Assembly: GCA_009914755.4 (NCBI GenBank)
Contig: CP068257.2
Location: 16,800,001-16,864,000, forward strand
Direction: 5' to 3'
Length of the DNA: 64,000 nucleotides
Source: the human T2T-CHM13v2.0 reference genome, Homo sapiens
Part shown: positions 39,829-53,895 of the stretch, one piece after another
Position numbering within the stretch: the first letter of the stretch is position 1
Layout of the letters: each line of letters opens with the position of its first letter
The notes under the pieces: model-generated
What the model was told of the DNA's origin: nothing
Database searches by the model: none
The model's input: only the letters and a program-made list of their open reading frames with translations
Made by a program: the position numbers and the translations under genes

Positions 39829-42800
39829 ATTTCTTTCAAATATCTGTTCTAATAATATGATGGCCAGTCATCACAGTTTGCACAGTATTATGCTGGTTTT
39901 AGTATCTGAATTCTCTCACCCTGGGAAAACTTTTAGTCTTGTTCATGTATGGATTTTTAAACAACTAGCTCACGTTCTCTTAGGTGGTGCTGTAGGTTGA
40001 CAAAGACTCTCTTACAATATAGTCTCCAGGAGATTTTAGTAGACTTTCTATAATCTACCCAGGCCATGGTTTAGTGAGATTATGTCATGTTAACTGTATA
40101 TGCACCAATATTTGAAGGCATGTACAAACATATTTTTTATTTAAACCAGCATCAAATTCTACCAAAACCGGCAAGTTTAGTTTGTAAGTAAAGATGAAAT
40201 GACTGGACATTCTAAATGGATGGACTTTGAGTTCTTTTGTCAGGGTGCTCAAGATGATGCAGACTTACCTATATGCTCTCACCTTGCCTCCCTGGTGACC
40301 TGCATGATTTATTTGTCAGAGAAAATGACTACCTTAAATCTAAGCAATGGGTAGTTATCAAATCTAAAAAAAATCTATGTGACTCAAAGGGAATTTAAAT
40401 TCATGACTCTGCTTCATTAATACTAATCTCAAAGCAAGTCAACAAGATAAAAGATATTAACTCTTGTCCCATCTTCATGTGGCTCTTGTTGTATTACTAA
40501 GGGTCATTGGAGGCTGCCTAGCTAGTCACTATTCTGAAAATGAGACTGACATTAATCAAAAAGATAGCATAATGAAAGAGCAAAAGGGAACAACTTGTTC
40601 TAATCAACATTGAGTCATTGATAACTCCACTAATCGAACTCAAACAAGTCTGAAATACTGTGGTCTTGGAATCAAACTTGAAACCAGAGGCAGAGTAATG
40701 CCTGATACAATGAAATCCAAGCTCAGATTACTAGGATTTGTATCCTGACTCTACCATTTGGCAACTGTGTCCTCTGGAAAGTTATTTAACTTTTCTGGAA
40801 CTTCGTTTCCCAATTTATAAAGTACTATTCCTAAGAGTCCCTCCCTTATTTCATCACAGGTACACCGACTTCATCTATTTTCTTAACTCTTCTGAGCTTC
40901 TATTGACTTACTTGCAAATTACTGGCTTTGACTGCCTCAATTGAGTGTTGTCAGGATAAAATAGAATAACGTATGCAAAGACTCCAACCCACAGCATTAT
41001 TATTATTCAGTAGGTTATAGAGGTGTTATACATAATTTGTTTTTCCCTAATAAATAAAAATGGGAACATGTGATTTATTATGTTACACATAATTTTCAGT
41101 TGTAAAACAATTTATGTTGCTATGTGATGTATCTTTTTGCTGATGCATGCTTGATGTCAGGGGCACGGGGCATTGCACGTTAAACTTTGTACACAAATTA
41201 TTAATGTCAAAAATAAAACCTACAGAAGACGGATTAGAAAATAAATATTTTTATCTTGAGATAAACAAAAAATCCAAGTCCTAATCACCTACATATTTTC
41301 AGCCACATGTGCAGTTCTATTAGTAAAACTCTCTCTCTTACTAAGGAGTAAAATTAAATTTTACTCCTTTCTCCTATTTTAACCTAAAATGATCTCTCCT
41401 AATCTTTGCATAGCAATAATAGGTAGGTAATACATTAAAAACATCCTTTAATCAAAAGTCTATTTCAAAGTTTTACAACCACAAGTCAAATTTATTTTCT
41501 GAGGGAATTAATCTTAATTTATATAATCAAAAACAATAGATGCAGGAGGAAAACATGAAAGCAAATTCTGAGGAAATATTTGTTTCATAGATTCAGGAAA
41601 ACATTTTTCTTCAGATATGACTGAATAGTAATAATTTTTGTCTTACAGTTCTTTCACTTGCTTTACTTCAGCATTTACATTAGCATTAATATAATTTTAT
41701 CTACGATATATTATTTCAATTATTTTATATACATCTTCACTTCTAATTTTTCTAAATATACTTATTGTATTGCTTCATTTTTTTCATTTTCTTCTCATCA
41801 TATTAACCAACTTAAATTATAATATAAATAATTTTGATAGAGAGAATAGGAACATTATCCAATATGAACACCAATTTTGATGAAATTCCTGAGAATTAAA
41901 TCTTCCAAAAACTTTATACATTTAAATCAGAATTTTTACACTTCTAAAAATAGTATCTTAAAATATATTCAAATAAGCATGTAATCTTAAAATTATTAGT
42001 TTTCTTTAGACAATAGGGTATGGCGACTATATTTAGCAACAATATATTATATATTTTAAAGTTGCTAGAAGAGAAGACTTGAATTTTTCACAAATACACA
42101 AATGATAAACACTCAAAGTGATGGATGCCTCAAATACCCTGACTGATCATTACACGTCTATGCATGTAACAAAATACCACATGCACCCCATAAATAAGTA
42201 AAATATTATGTACCAATAAAATTAGTTTTCTCCTAATTTTATTTATTTAATTTTATATTCCTTCAATTTTTTTTGTAATTGCTATATTGGTTAGGGTATA
42301 CATAGAAGAAATGATATGATTTTACCTATTGAGGAAAATATTTTGTGTGATTTTTTAAAATTCCAAATGAAGCTTATTTAAATTGTCTGTGCCTTGGTGT
42401 GCTTTTTTCCTTATATTAGTCTAGGAAATCTCAATTCAACTGAAACACCTTCTTTCTAACTTATTTTATCTTATCTAACTTATCTAGCTTACTTTCTCTT
42501 TCTAACTTACTTTATCCTAGTGCTCTTGAATCTATTAATATGTAACTATTTCCTTACTGAGAGTCAGTTAAACAAGACTTCTTTATAACCTCTTTGTCTC
42601 TTTGCTTCCATTCTTTTAGATTATTGTTAAATTACTGGGTCCCAGGTGCAAGGCTTATTCTTTCCAAACAGCTGTGATTAGTGGAATACTATTAGTATCT
42701 ATATTATTCATATGTGATTTAATCATAGAAATTCCAGTTTTACCTCACTAGAATTGTTAGATGAAATTTCTACATTCCCTATCATTTTACTTGTAACAAT

Positions 42801-44179
42801 TTCCTTTTCAATTCTCAAAAATAATTTCTAATGTATATTTTCCTTTGCTTCTTTTAGTTTTGATCAAAGCGCACTGAGTTCAGATAAAATGTGAGTTTCC
42901 GGCAGGGAAAAGGCATCGGTATCCTTTCCTTGCCATTGCTATTTATTATTTTTCCAAACAGCAGTTCGCTTCTCTACACCCTGGGCTATTTCTCAACTGA
43001 AATAGATTGTACTCTGAAGTTCAGCAACTGCTTGTGATTCAGCCCTTTGGTTCTAACATTAGAGTTTCGGTTTTAACATTTGCTACTCCATGATATTTTT
43101 GAGACCCAGGGCAAATCTGTAAAGGTGTTTGCTGTAATTTCTTCCTTTGTAGTTTACATAGCGTAACATTTTTATTGGCAAACCTGTAAAATTCCTTTAG
43201 AAAATTACAAATACAAGCCTCGATTAGAGATTTGGGTATTTGTCTAATATGTCTGTGTGCATTATTCATAGCTGTATACATAATAAGAATACTAGAAATA
43301 TATCTGGATATTATTTCAACATTTTTCCTTGAAGTAATTGTGTGATAATTGACAACTCATCTCACTTTTCTAGACTTTTAAATATATTTTTAAGGTATAG
43401 CATTTATACAAAAAATGCACAAATCATCATGCATATCTTTATGAATTTTCACAAGGTTACTACACCAATGTAACCAGAATCAAACAGAGAGAATATACCA
43501 GCATCACAGAAACTTCTCGTGTCCACTTCCAGTAACTGAGAATTATGGATAACCAATATGCCAACACCTAAACAACAGATTAACTGATCTTGTTTAGTAA
43601 TCCTTATTTTTTATTTTATATGACTGGAATCACACAGAATACATTACTAGGTGCCCTCTTTTCTTTTCCTCAAAAAGTTACCTTTGTAATATTTATCCAT
43701 GTTGTTGCATAGTTGTAGTTTACTTATTTTCATTCTTTACAGTATTCCATTGTGTAATCATACCACAATCTATTTAGTTATTCTTAGAATGTATTTGCTT
43801 TCTGGTGAACTAGGAAATCGTTTCCTAAAATAAATGTCAAGTCAGACGATGTATGTACATTTTTAATTCTAGTACTGAATTTACTCACAATTCACAGGAT
43901 ACGATAGCAAAACAAAAGCTTAGTCTTTAAGGAGGTCCATGATTGTCAATGCTACTCCCACAGTGCCTTTTATCTCTTGTATTAGGCCATGTTCTGGTTT
44001 AAGTTTAACATAAAAAGTTTAAGCAATATTTTTGCTAGGGTATTTGTTTAGTAGCATAATTGTAGAAGGATTTAATCAGACTATTTCCTTTTCAAGTATC
44101 CACATTAAAGGGAGAAAAATAGGCTACAAGTCTCCTTCTAACCTTGATCTTTTCCTTCTCACTAAAAAAAAAATTTTTA

Positions 44180-44200
44180 TTCATTCATTCATTCATTCAT
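44180..44200. repeat. (TTCA)n microsatellite following an A10 run
   Basis: tcattcattcattcattcatc. Confidence 0.8.
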
Positions 44201-45357
44201 CTGTTCTTTTTTATACCTTCTATTTATATATGCAGACTAGCATACTTTTATATATGTAGTGATCAGGACATTATGTTTTTCTAGTTGGATTTCCAGTTGC
44301 CACAGTACCATTTATTAAAAAGAATTATCTTTTAATAAAGAATTCATTGTCATAAATAAGGTGATTATATATGGGTGAATCTGTTTCTGTGCTCTATATT
44401 CTGTTCCCACTCTCTATTTTCTTCCATAATTACCTAGCATCATTGGTAAATTGTCTTAATTACTACAGGTTTATCCAATATCTGCCACTGTATTTTTTCT
44501 GTTTTTATCTTTCTTCTGTAAGGTTGCCTTAACTGTCCTTAGCTCCTTGCATTAATTCATAAATTTTATAATCAAATTTTCATTTTCCTCATGAATAAGA
44601 GATTTAAAAAAATCAGATTGGGTAGAACTGTCACCTTTCTGATACTGATTGTTTTAATTCATTGAGTTAAGTCCTTTATTTTTGTTATTTGTGTTTTAAT
44701 GTTTTAATATAGTTCTTATACATATTTTGTTAAAACCATGATCTTTTTGGTGTTTGTTGCTATTATAAAGATTATCTTTTAAAATTTTACTCTAATGTCT
44801 TTGTAATTGGTAAACAAAATGAATACCATTTACTTTTACATATTTGCTTGTATCCAATAAATTGTTAAATTAATAGATATCCTATGTACACAAATAATTT
44901 CATCTGTGAATAATGATAATTTTTTCCTCTTTATTTCAATCTTTATGTATTTTTTCTTGCCTTATTATATTAGCTAAGACCCTCAGTTCAATGTAGAAAA
45001 GACGAGGTGATAGTAAATATTTTTTTCATCCTTGATGTCATCGGGAAATACTCTTAATACTTAATATTTAGTGTAATATTAACTATTGGCCTTTTGTAGA
45101 TAGCTTTTTATCAGGTTAGAGAAATTTCACACTATTCATTTTTTGCTAAGTAATCTTTTTTGTTTGTTTTGGTTGTTTCTAATCATGTATAGTTACAAAA
45201 TTTTTTTCAGATGACTTTTCAGCATCTGTCAAAATAATTACATAGTTTCTCTTCTTTATTCTTTTGACATGGTGAATAATATTGACTTATGAATCTTAAC
45301 TTCCCTTGAATTCCTGAAACAAGCCATATTTTGTCATAATTTACTGTAATTCTTTAT

Positions 45358-45712
45358 TGTGTTAGTCTGTTCTCACACTGCTAATAAAGACATACCCAAG
45401 ACTCGATAATTTATAAAGGAAAGAGGTTTAATTGACTCACAGTTCCACATGGCTGGAGAGGCCTCACAATCATGGCAGAAGGCGAACGAGGAGCAAATTC
45501 ACTTCTTACATGGTGACAGGCAAGAGAGCTTGTGCAGGAGAACTCACATTTATAAAACCATCAGATCTCGTGAGAGTTATTCACTACCACGAGAACAGTA
45601 TGGGGGAAACTGCTCCCATGATTCAATTATCTCCACCTGGGCCCGTACTTGACATGTGGAGATTATTACAATTCTGGATGAGATTTGTGTGGGAACACAG
45701 CCAAATCCTATC
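45358..45712 (-). mobile_element. THE1/MST-family solo LTR (minus) with a perfect 5-bp TSD tttat
   Basis: tgtgttagtctgttctcacactgctaataaagacatacccaagactcgataatttataaaggaaagaggtttaattgactcacagttccacatggctggagaggcctcacaatcatggcagaagg ... gatttgtgtgggaacacagccaaatcctatca is the reverse complement of tgatatggtttggctgtgtcccc...ctaataca. tttat is present at 45353-45357 and at 45713-45717. Confidence 0.85.
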
Positions 45713-48700
45713 ATTTATATATATTCTTAGGCCTAATTGAGTAATATTTTGTTTCTAAGACAGATCTGTAACTGTCCTTTTGTCTCACAACTTTTCAGAT
45801 ATTAATCTCAAGATGATAGCTTCATGAACTTTTGTAACTCTGGAAGATCATTCAAAAACATTTGGAAATTCTGTATATCTGTGTTATTTCCATTTTAAGT
45901 ATTTTAAAGAAATTCCTGGGGAAGCCATTTGATTCTAGGATTGGACTCAAGTTTTTAAAGTATTGCTAGTAGTATTATAGTGTTAAATGTTATAGGCTAA
46001 CATATAATGAACTCTTATTTTGTTCCAGGAAAAATACTGACATAGGTTATCTTATTTTTTCTGCATAGAAACTCTGTGAGGTATTATTATTATTTTGAAA
46101 ACTTGAGAATTGAAGTTTAAGGGGGATAAGCACCTTGCCCAAAGTGACACAGGTAGTTATTAAAAGAAGTTACTACATGTCTTCTGAGATCCCTCCTTGT
46201 TCCACAGTTCGTAGAAGAACATGTTTCCATTTTCTTGCTCTCTGGTAACAAACAAAATGCAAGCAAGTCACCAATGGCCTCGGCTGAATGTTACTTTAAA
46301 ATGCACTTCATTCTCTACAACACTTATCCTTCCATTGTTAACATCCTTCCCGATCATTCCTATTATACTCCCTGGAAGCACATTTTCTGATAAATATAAA
46401 AATGAAAGTCAATATAAAAACAAAATACTTCAATTTCTTCCACATTTTCATAGAGTACTTTCTGAACCATTGTGTATTAGTTGAACTCCAAATGTATCCC
46501 GAAAATGGCATTTCCCTTAAACCTTTTTATTGTGGCTACTCATTTTCCTGTCCCATCTTCAATGAAGGGACTAAATCATTTCAGCATTTTTTTTTTTTTG
46601 CGGGTCTCCTATTTCTACTTTCAAACACTTCGGTGCAACATTTTGCACAATCTCTTGGAAGTTCATGCTCAGTAATAATACCACCAGCTGTGGGTATTTG
46701 TTGTCATAATATAGTGATCATTTCTCCAAAGAGATTGAGGAATATCACACTTGGATAACAGTCATTTGATTCTTCCATTTCTTCTTTTCTAAATTCGTAT
46801 TGGATTACTTCAATATACATAAATAGGATCTACCAAATACTCTATTAGCATAACTTTTGAAATCATCAACTTTCACTTCAGTTTCACTCTGCTTCTAAAA
46901 TGATCCTAGGTTGGGCCATGCTCCTTTATCTAGGGCTCTTATACTTATTATCTCAAATTTCAACACCTTGTTTTCGAAATATAACCTATTTGCCTTTCTG
47001 GCTATCATTTGTCCCTTAATCTAGGGCATATTTCCTTTGACAACAGTGTGATCTTCTGTGTCATTTCAACCATTTTCATTAGAGCATCTGCATCCTTTGA
47101 TTTTCACAACATGAAAAAATCAGAGCTCTGAGTATTGGTTAATAAAAACTGTCTCCTTTTCCACTACAACAGCAGAATGCCCACTTTCATAAGGGAAAAT
47201 ACAGAAGAGTCCTTTGAACTGGTACAGTCTACATATAACTTCTGCAGTCTCCTCAGTGGTTCTGAGAAAGAATTTGCTAACTGGTGGACTTTTTTTTTTT
47301 TCTATTTCCCCAGTGGCAATTTTAATTATTCACTGTGTCTTCACAGTTGTTTTCCATGATCTTTCAACTTTCATTTTTAGCTGATGTTCTTGCCCAACTA
47401 CTTCACTTGGAATAAAACAAGATTAGGTTAAAAAGATCTATCAATTTCTTATATTAAAATATGAAGACTCCCATCTGTAGCCACAACGACACTATATTTA
47501 TTTTTCCATTGTTATCGGTAAAAATGTCTTTCCACTTATGTGCCTGAAATTATTCCCTCCCTTACTTGCCTAGGGGACTTTTTCTATCAATTCTCTCCTT
47601 CATTATTTATCCAGAATATAATTATTTAATTCTTACTGTGTAATTAACACATCACTAGATGTTTTGGATATATTGGTGAACAAAATAGAAAAACAATGTT
47701 TTATCTTGATAGGTAAATTATAATGGGAAGGAGAGGATAAATACTAAACAATAAATAATAAATAAATACAGATAATAGAATATTAGAAGCTGGCAGTTTT
47801 GGAAATAGAGTAAATCACAGTAAAGAAAATCAGGGGTATTTGAAGAGGGCTGAGAAGGTTACAGTATTTAATAGGGTATTATAATTGACTACATTGAGAA
47901 TGTAAATCTTAAGCAAAAAGATGATTTGATAAAGAATTTATGAAATTATACAGGGATGCATTTCTGGCAGAGGTAACAGCTGGAGAAAAGACACTAAGTT
48001 GAAAGCATGCCTGATGAGTTTAAGTAATAGCAAGGGGACTGGGAGTTGCTGGTGTGGGCCAGTTAAAGAGAGAATAATAGGAGTTGATGACAGAGAACAT
48101 TAGCTTGACAGATTATATAAGACCTTGAGGTCCGTCGTAAGGACCTAGGACATTCAAAATTGATAGATTGAGACAAAGAGGAGGAAACAAAAAGATACTA
48201 AGGAATAGCAATCAGTGAGACAGGAGAAAAATGAAGAGAATCTTGTATCTTACAAATCAAGAGAAAAAACTATGCCTATGAAGGCTCAGCTGAGTGAAAT
48301 CCTGATGATCAGTCAAGTAGAATAGGAAACACAAATGTACCATTGCTTTTGGCAATATGAAAGTTGTTAGGGATAGTATCAAAGGCAGTTTCAGTGAAAT
48401 CATGGGCACAGTCTCAGTTAAATTTAAGAGAGATTGTGAGAAGAGGACTTAAAAACAGTGAGAGGAGACAATGTTTTTGCAGAGTTTTGCTGCAAAGGAT
48501 AGCAAATAAGTCAGGTAATAGTGGGGAAAGTTTCAAATCAGAGACATATGATCAGCATGTTTGTATCTGAATCAGAATAATTAGAGTGTGAAATATTGAG
48601 TATGTAGGAGAAAGCAGAAGGAAAAAATTCTGGTGTTATATCCCTAAGTTGGCAAGAGAAGATGAGACCTGACTCTAAGAAGTGGGAAGGCAGGGAAGTG

Positions 48701-49076
48701 AATGCAGACTTATGGGTGAATAGGTGTTGTGATTGGTTATGTGGAAGCTCTTTTCAGATTGCTTCAGTTTTCTCAGTGAAACAGCAAGCACAATCAGCAA
48801 CTGGGACAAAGGTAGGGGTGTGATACTGGAGGCTCGAGGAGAGAGAGCGTGTCAAATACTATTGAGAATGTGGAGGCATGAACATACCAACAATATGTGA
48901 TGTGACGTCTGCCAGCATTAAAGGTTTGCTTAAAGTCTATTGCTATTAATTTATAGTGACAGCAGTCAGTGTATTTTTTTATTCACCTTTACTTTGCTAG
49001 ATAGATGCAGATATGAAGTAGACACAGAAGTTGCTGTATTGTTGAATTTAACCATCATTATGGTTTTGCCAAAGAG

Positions 49077-49424
49077 TTCTGTTTTCATGCTGCTAATAAG
49101 ACATACCTGAGACTGGGTAATTTAGAAAGGGAAGAGCTTTAATTGACTCACACTTCCACATGGCTGGAGAGCCCTCACAATCATGGCGAAAGGCAATTGA
49201 GGAACAAAGTCGCGTCTTACATGGTGGCAGGTGAGAGAGCTTGTGTAGGGGAACTCCCATTTATAAAACCATCAGATCTCCTAAAATTTATTCACTACCA
49301 CGAGAACAGTATGGAGGAAACTACCCCCATGATTCAATTAACTCCACCTGGCCCTGCCCTTGACACGTGGGAATTATTACAATTCAAGGTGAGTTTTGGT
49401 TGGAGACACAGCCAAACCATATCA
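49077..49424 (-). mobile_element. THE1/MST-family solo LTR (minus), missing a few bases of one terminus. TSD agttc/agtcc.
   Basis: tgttttcatgctgctaataagacatacctgagactgggtaatttagaaagggaagagctttaattgactcacacttccacatggctggagagccctcacaatcatggcgaaagg ... gttttggttggagacacagccaaaccatatca. Confidence 0.8.
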
Positions 49425-49560
49425 AGTCCAGTAAAGCAAGAACAGAAAGGAATCAGGGGTACTTCAGGGATTATGATGACTGGCCATGTAATTTGAGAGG
49501 GGACATTTTGGGGACAGAAGACCACAAAAAGGAAGAATCTCTGAACCAGAGACTTTAAGG

Positions 49561-49899
49561 TAGTGGTCGACATTTTTGGCACCAGGGACAGGTTTCGTGG
49601 AAGACATTTTTTCTGTGAAGTGGGTAGAGGTGGGGGATGATTTGGGGATGCAATAGTTCCACCTCAGATCATTAGGCATTAGTTAAATTCTCAGAGGGAT
49701 GCACAACCTAGATCCCTTGCTTGCACAGTTCACAATAGAGTTCATTCTCCTATGAGAATCTAATGCTGCCACTGCTCTGACAGGAGGCAGAGCTTAGGTG
49801 GGAATGCTCTCTTGCCTGCTGCTCACCTCCTGCTCTGCAGCCCAGTTCCTAACAGGCATGCACAAATACTGACCCATGGCCAGGGTTAGGGACTCCTAC
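49561..49899. mobile_element. Non-autonomous hAT-type MITE, MER30-like (name from memory), full length, about 340 bp with terminal inverted repeats
   Basis: gtagtggtcgacatttttggcaccagggacaggtttcgtggaagacattttttc ... cctatgagaatctaatgctgccactgctctgacaggaggcagagc ... cagttcctaacaggc ... gacccatggccagggttagggactcctac. The ends are reverse complements of each other. Confidence 0.6.
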
Positions 49900-50727
49900 T
49901 CTAGTTGACTCAAAGGATGGCTAAGATGGAATTACAAGAGGGAGTGATTGCAAAGTTAGCTGTGTCTGTTCTTACTTCTGTGCCATAGTGAAGTGTTTCC
50001 TGGCCATTGCCATATCCTTCATAAGCTTCCACTGATGCCTAGCCCTGTAAGAAAAAAAGTGGATACACATATCCTTCTGTCCTCTGTGTGGTACACTAGG
50101 CTTTGATGTCTTACAGCACTTTTAGTGACTCCTTTCAGTTTTTACTTGCTGCTTTCCCATCTTCTTCTCCTGTGATAAATCCAGGAAAGACACGTCTAAA
50201 TGATAGCCCTCTACCAAAGGCCAAGCTTTCTGTCTTTGTATACTCAGGGTACGTCGTCTTTGAAATACTCAGTATTTGACATACTCAGGGTATGTTGTCT
50301 TCCAGGAGGCCTCTTATTTCTATCTGACAATTCACCGTCAGTGTTTTGTTGAATCAGTATAAATCAATCTTACTCATCTCATGTATATGCTTGTCTATCT
50401 CTACTTTGATGAATTTCTCAAAATCAGGGCCTGTCTCTTAGTCACTGTATCTATGTACAAGACCTAGCCAATGGCTAGCATAAAATAACGTATCCTAATT
50501 AATCAAAAGATCTGTTATCACCTGAAATTCAGCTCCATATCTAATTACATACTTGATCTATCATGACTATTTCCCATTCACCACACGTTTGGAAAATATA
50601 ACATTGAGCTAATTCATTACTTACCTATCCAGAGAGGCTCACTGCTCTGATGTCCTTCTCCACCACCCCGCTCCCTGCAAGTATTCACAACATTTTCTAA
50701 ACCACCTATGTTTGGAACTCTGGGTCT

Positions 50728-50850
50728 TTCTTTCATCTCACTTCTGCATTTTTCAGATCCCTTTACCAAACCTTATAAGTAATTTATATTTCTTTCATCT
50801 GGCTTTTGCTGTTTCCAGATCCCTTTACCAAGCCCTATAAACAAATATTT
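50728..50850. repeat. Local tandem duplication of a roughly 60-bp unit (two copies)
   Basis: ttttcagatccctttaccaaaccttataagtaatttatatttctttcatctggcttttgctgtttccagatccctttaccaagccctataaacaaat. Confidence 0.5.
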
Positions 50851-53600
50851 TAAAATGTCTTATTCACTAATTTCTTTATTTTTATTTCTATTGCAGTCAC
50901 TCTTTTTCTTAGATTCAGAGTCATTTACTCATTCTATAAATTATTTTTAAGCACCTACTAAGAGCCAGAGACCTACTAAGTGCTAGGTGCTGGAGAGAGA
51001 GTTTTAAACAAACCACGCAAAGTCTATTCTTTCATGGAGCTTGCATTCTAAATGCCTTAGCAAGAAAGTATAAAATAGTGCTTCTGTGCTATTTAAGAAT
51101 TTAAAACCGAGTTTGGGATAGAAAGTGACCTGGAGTCTACTTTACATTGAGTGATGGAAGGTTCCCTGAGAAAGTGACATGAAAACTGACCTAAATTAAT
51201 GACATTCACTGACACCTTTGCTGACTGTTCCACATCTCTTGTATCTCACTCTGTCCTACAGATCTTTCTGCCCTCGCACTTATTTAGTGTATTACATAAG
51301 GTAGCCATTGAAAATATGTAACTTGGTATTTTTATCATAATTGTCTCAGGTATATCAACTATGAACTTAGAGTATAAAGTCTCTGAGAGTGAGACTATCA
51401 CCATCTATACCAACATGCAAAGGAAGGAGCCTCTGAAATGGGAGGTAAAATGTTAGCTTTCCTGTTTTTATACTCAGAATTTTAGTTTTATATTTGTTAA
51501 TAGAAATTTTAAGACTAATTTAAAAATAGATTCACTTATTCCTAAAACTCTTCATATTTATCACCTGAATATGAATTCCTCCAGCAGTGTTTTTTTTCCA
51601 CTAATATCACCTACACATTGCTGCTCTCCTTCTATGACTTTTTGAATGCACATAAACTTATTGTTTCATTTCTGAAACGCACTTAAGTCTTCCTGAGGCT
51701 ATATTCAATAGCAATTAAATTTAACTTGTGTCATACCAATAATACACATAACTCAGTTAAAATGACAATGAACAGCTTTGAATGGGTTCACAGGTCCACA
51801 GCAATAGCATGCTTACCACCTGAGTGACTGTGATTGACAGGCACCATACCCAGATTGTAGGATGTGCTCTAATTTTACAGATCTTACATTGAAAGGTTAA
51901 AAAAAAATTTATCTTAGAAATGCTAAAATGAAGTAATCTATCCTCAGCTGATGTTCCATGGAAGAGCCCTCTGTAGGAGATTGACAGGTATGCTGAAAAG
52001 AGTTTGGGAATGCTGAGTTAAATACAGTTAAATTGGAGTCTCAGGACCTTCCAGAATCTTCAGTATGCAATAGGAACTATGTATTCCAAAAGGATTTATT
52101 TTTCAGTGTTTAACTAAGAACCCTTGTTTTCACTGTTCTCAGCCTTTGGAGTTAGTGTTCTATGGGATAAAATTTGGGCACTGATCTGGACAGCAGAAAT
52201 AATATCCAAAGAAATATAGGTTATTACTTGATCCATAGATAAGAAAATGCAGGATTTTAGTGAGCTGTAAAAGCCTGAAGATCAAGATGTGGACCTGAAG
52301 GCCCATCTATTTGAGACATCCACTGGCTGTGGGCCTCTTCCTCTTAAGCTGGCTATAAAATCAATATAGCTCATACCATCTTCCTGTTAACATTTCCCCC
52401 TGTAGTTAGCTGCATGTCCTAGATTTTCAACATGGTCCAAGTATAAAATACTTTGTCCCATTATCAACTAAGTATCTCATGTGATTTCTTGCAAAGTCAG
52501 GTTATTAGAATATAATGTGGGCACGACACACAGAGGCAGAGCCCAACCTCAGCAACCTTTTTCCCCTTGAAATGTTTATTTTCAAAATTATCATACAAAA
52601 ATTCGAAAGAAAGAACAATAAACATTTGCATAGCTTTCTATTCTCACTTTTACGCTAATGTACTTTGAGTCTAGAGGTAAGGCATTTCAGTGCTCTCATG
52701 AATGAAATGATGTAGTTGTGTGATCTTCAGGGATTCATTTGCCTTTAACATTTTGTAAGACCATGTAAGTCATAAGTAATTATAATAATAAAAAATTTAG
52801 AAAATATTATCTTTCATTTCTAGCACCATTATTCAAATCTTAGTAACACCACAATGTTTATCTGTGCCTGGCATTTTTCATTTCACATAATTTCTAGTAG
52901 CACGAATAAACATTTAACAAGAGATTCCTAGGAGGAAAACTGACCTTCTAAGACTAAAGCCCAAGGGAGTCACAATTAAGGATTTGAAATAATTAGTCTG
53001 GTTCTGTAATGTTGTACCTCCTTTTATTCTTACCATTTAGTCTCATTCCGAAAGTTTAACTAACCCTAAGTACATTTATCATTCCAGGAGCGTTATTATA
53101 CTCTGCGTCTAGCAACATCTTAGGTATCAAATAATTCATCTTGCAAAGTAGAAGCACCTTTTATTTTTCTTCTCTTCCTATATCTCAGTATCTTAATTGC
53201 AATGACTCATGAGCTGACTTTTTTTGTTTTTTTCCCGGTTTGCTCACGGTCGTGCTGATGTGTCACAGAACAGTGACTACAACTTCTGCTGTAATTGATG
53301 GGAACGAATTCTTCTGGGATGTGTTAATACAGCTGCAGGCAGTAAGGCAAGCAGCGAATGGAAACTAAATGGGTTCAGGAGCTCTAGAGACAATGATGTT
53401 GCTGGAGGCGGAGAGGTAGGCAGCCACTAATAACTACAGCTAAACAGTGGGACGAAATCATGCACTAGGTTTGTTTCACCAATCAGTATATATCATATGC
53501 ATTTGGCAGTTCGGAGTAATTCTTTCTTTCCCAAACCAATTAGCCCTTCACTGTGGTGCTAACTAGTGCATATGTAGCTGCTAGTTAGAATAATCACTAG

Positions 53601-53747
53601 CATTAGGAGATATACGTAATGTAAATGACGAGTTAATGGGTGCAGCACACCAACATGGCACATGTATACATATGTAACAAACCTGCACGTTGTGGACATG
53701 TACCCTAGTACTTAAAGTATAAAAAAAAATGTAAAAAAAAAAAAAAA
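53601..53747 (+). mobile_element. Extremely 5'-truncated young L1PA insertion (L1PA3/4-like 3'UTR tip, about 147 bp plus poly(A)) with a perfect 14-bp TSD agaataatcactag
   Basis: cattaggagatatacgtaatgtaaatgacgagttaatgggtgcagcacaccaacatggcacatgtatacatatgtaacaaacctgcacgttgtggacatgtaccctagtacttaaagtataaaaaaaaatgtaaaaaaaaaaaaaaaa. The TSD lies at 53587-53600 and 53748-53761. Confidence 0.92.
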
Positions 53748-53895
53748 AGAATAATCACTAGGCCTTTGATTTTATGTGCCCATGTTAAAGATATAGATTT
53801 TCTTTGGTGTTTTGAAGACAAACTATGTCTTTCTTAATCTTGAATACTTTTTCCAAAGACCATGATTCTATTTAGCTTGAAATTAAGATTATTCC

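Noticed and set aside
45358-49424. Two same-orientation (minus) THE1/MST LTRs 3.3 kb apart looked like the 5' and 3' LTRs of one MaLR provirus with its internal region.
   Set aside because: Each LTR has its own matching 5-bp TSD. The 45358-45712 copy has tttat on both sides. The 49077-49424 copy has agttc on the left and agtcc on the right. The outer flanks tttat and agtcc do not match each other. The spacing of 3.3 kb is also about twice a MaLR internal region. These are two independent solo LTRs.
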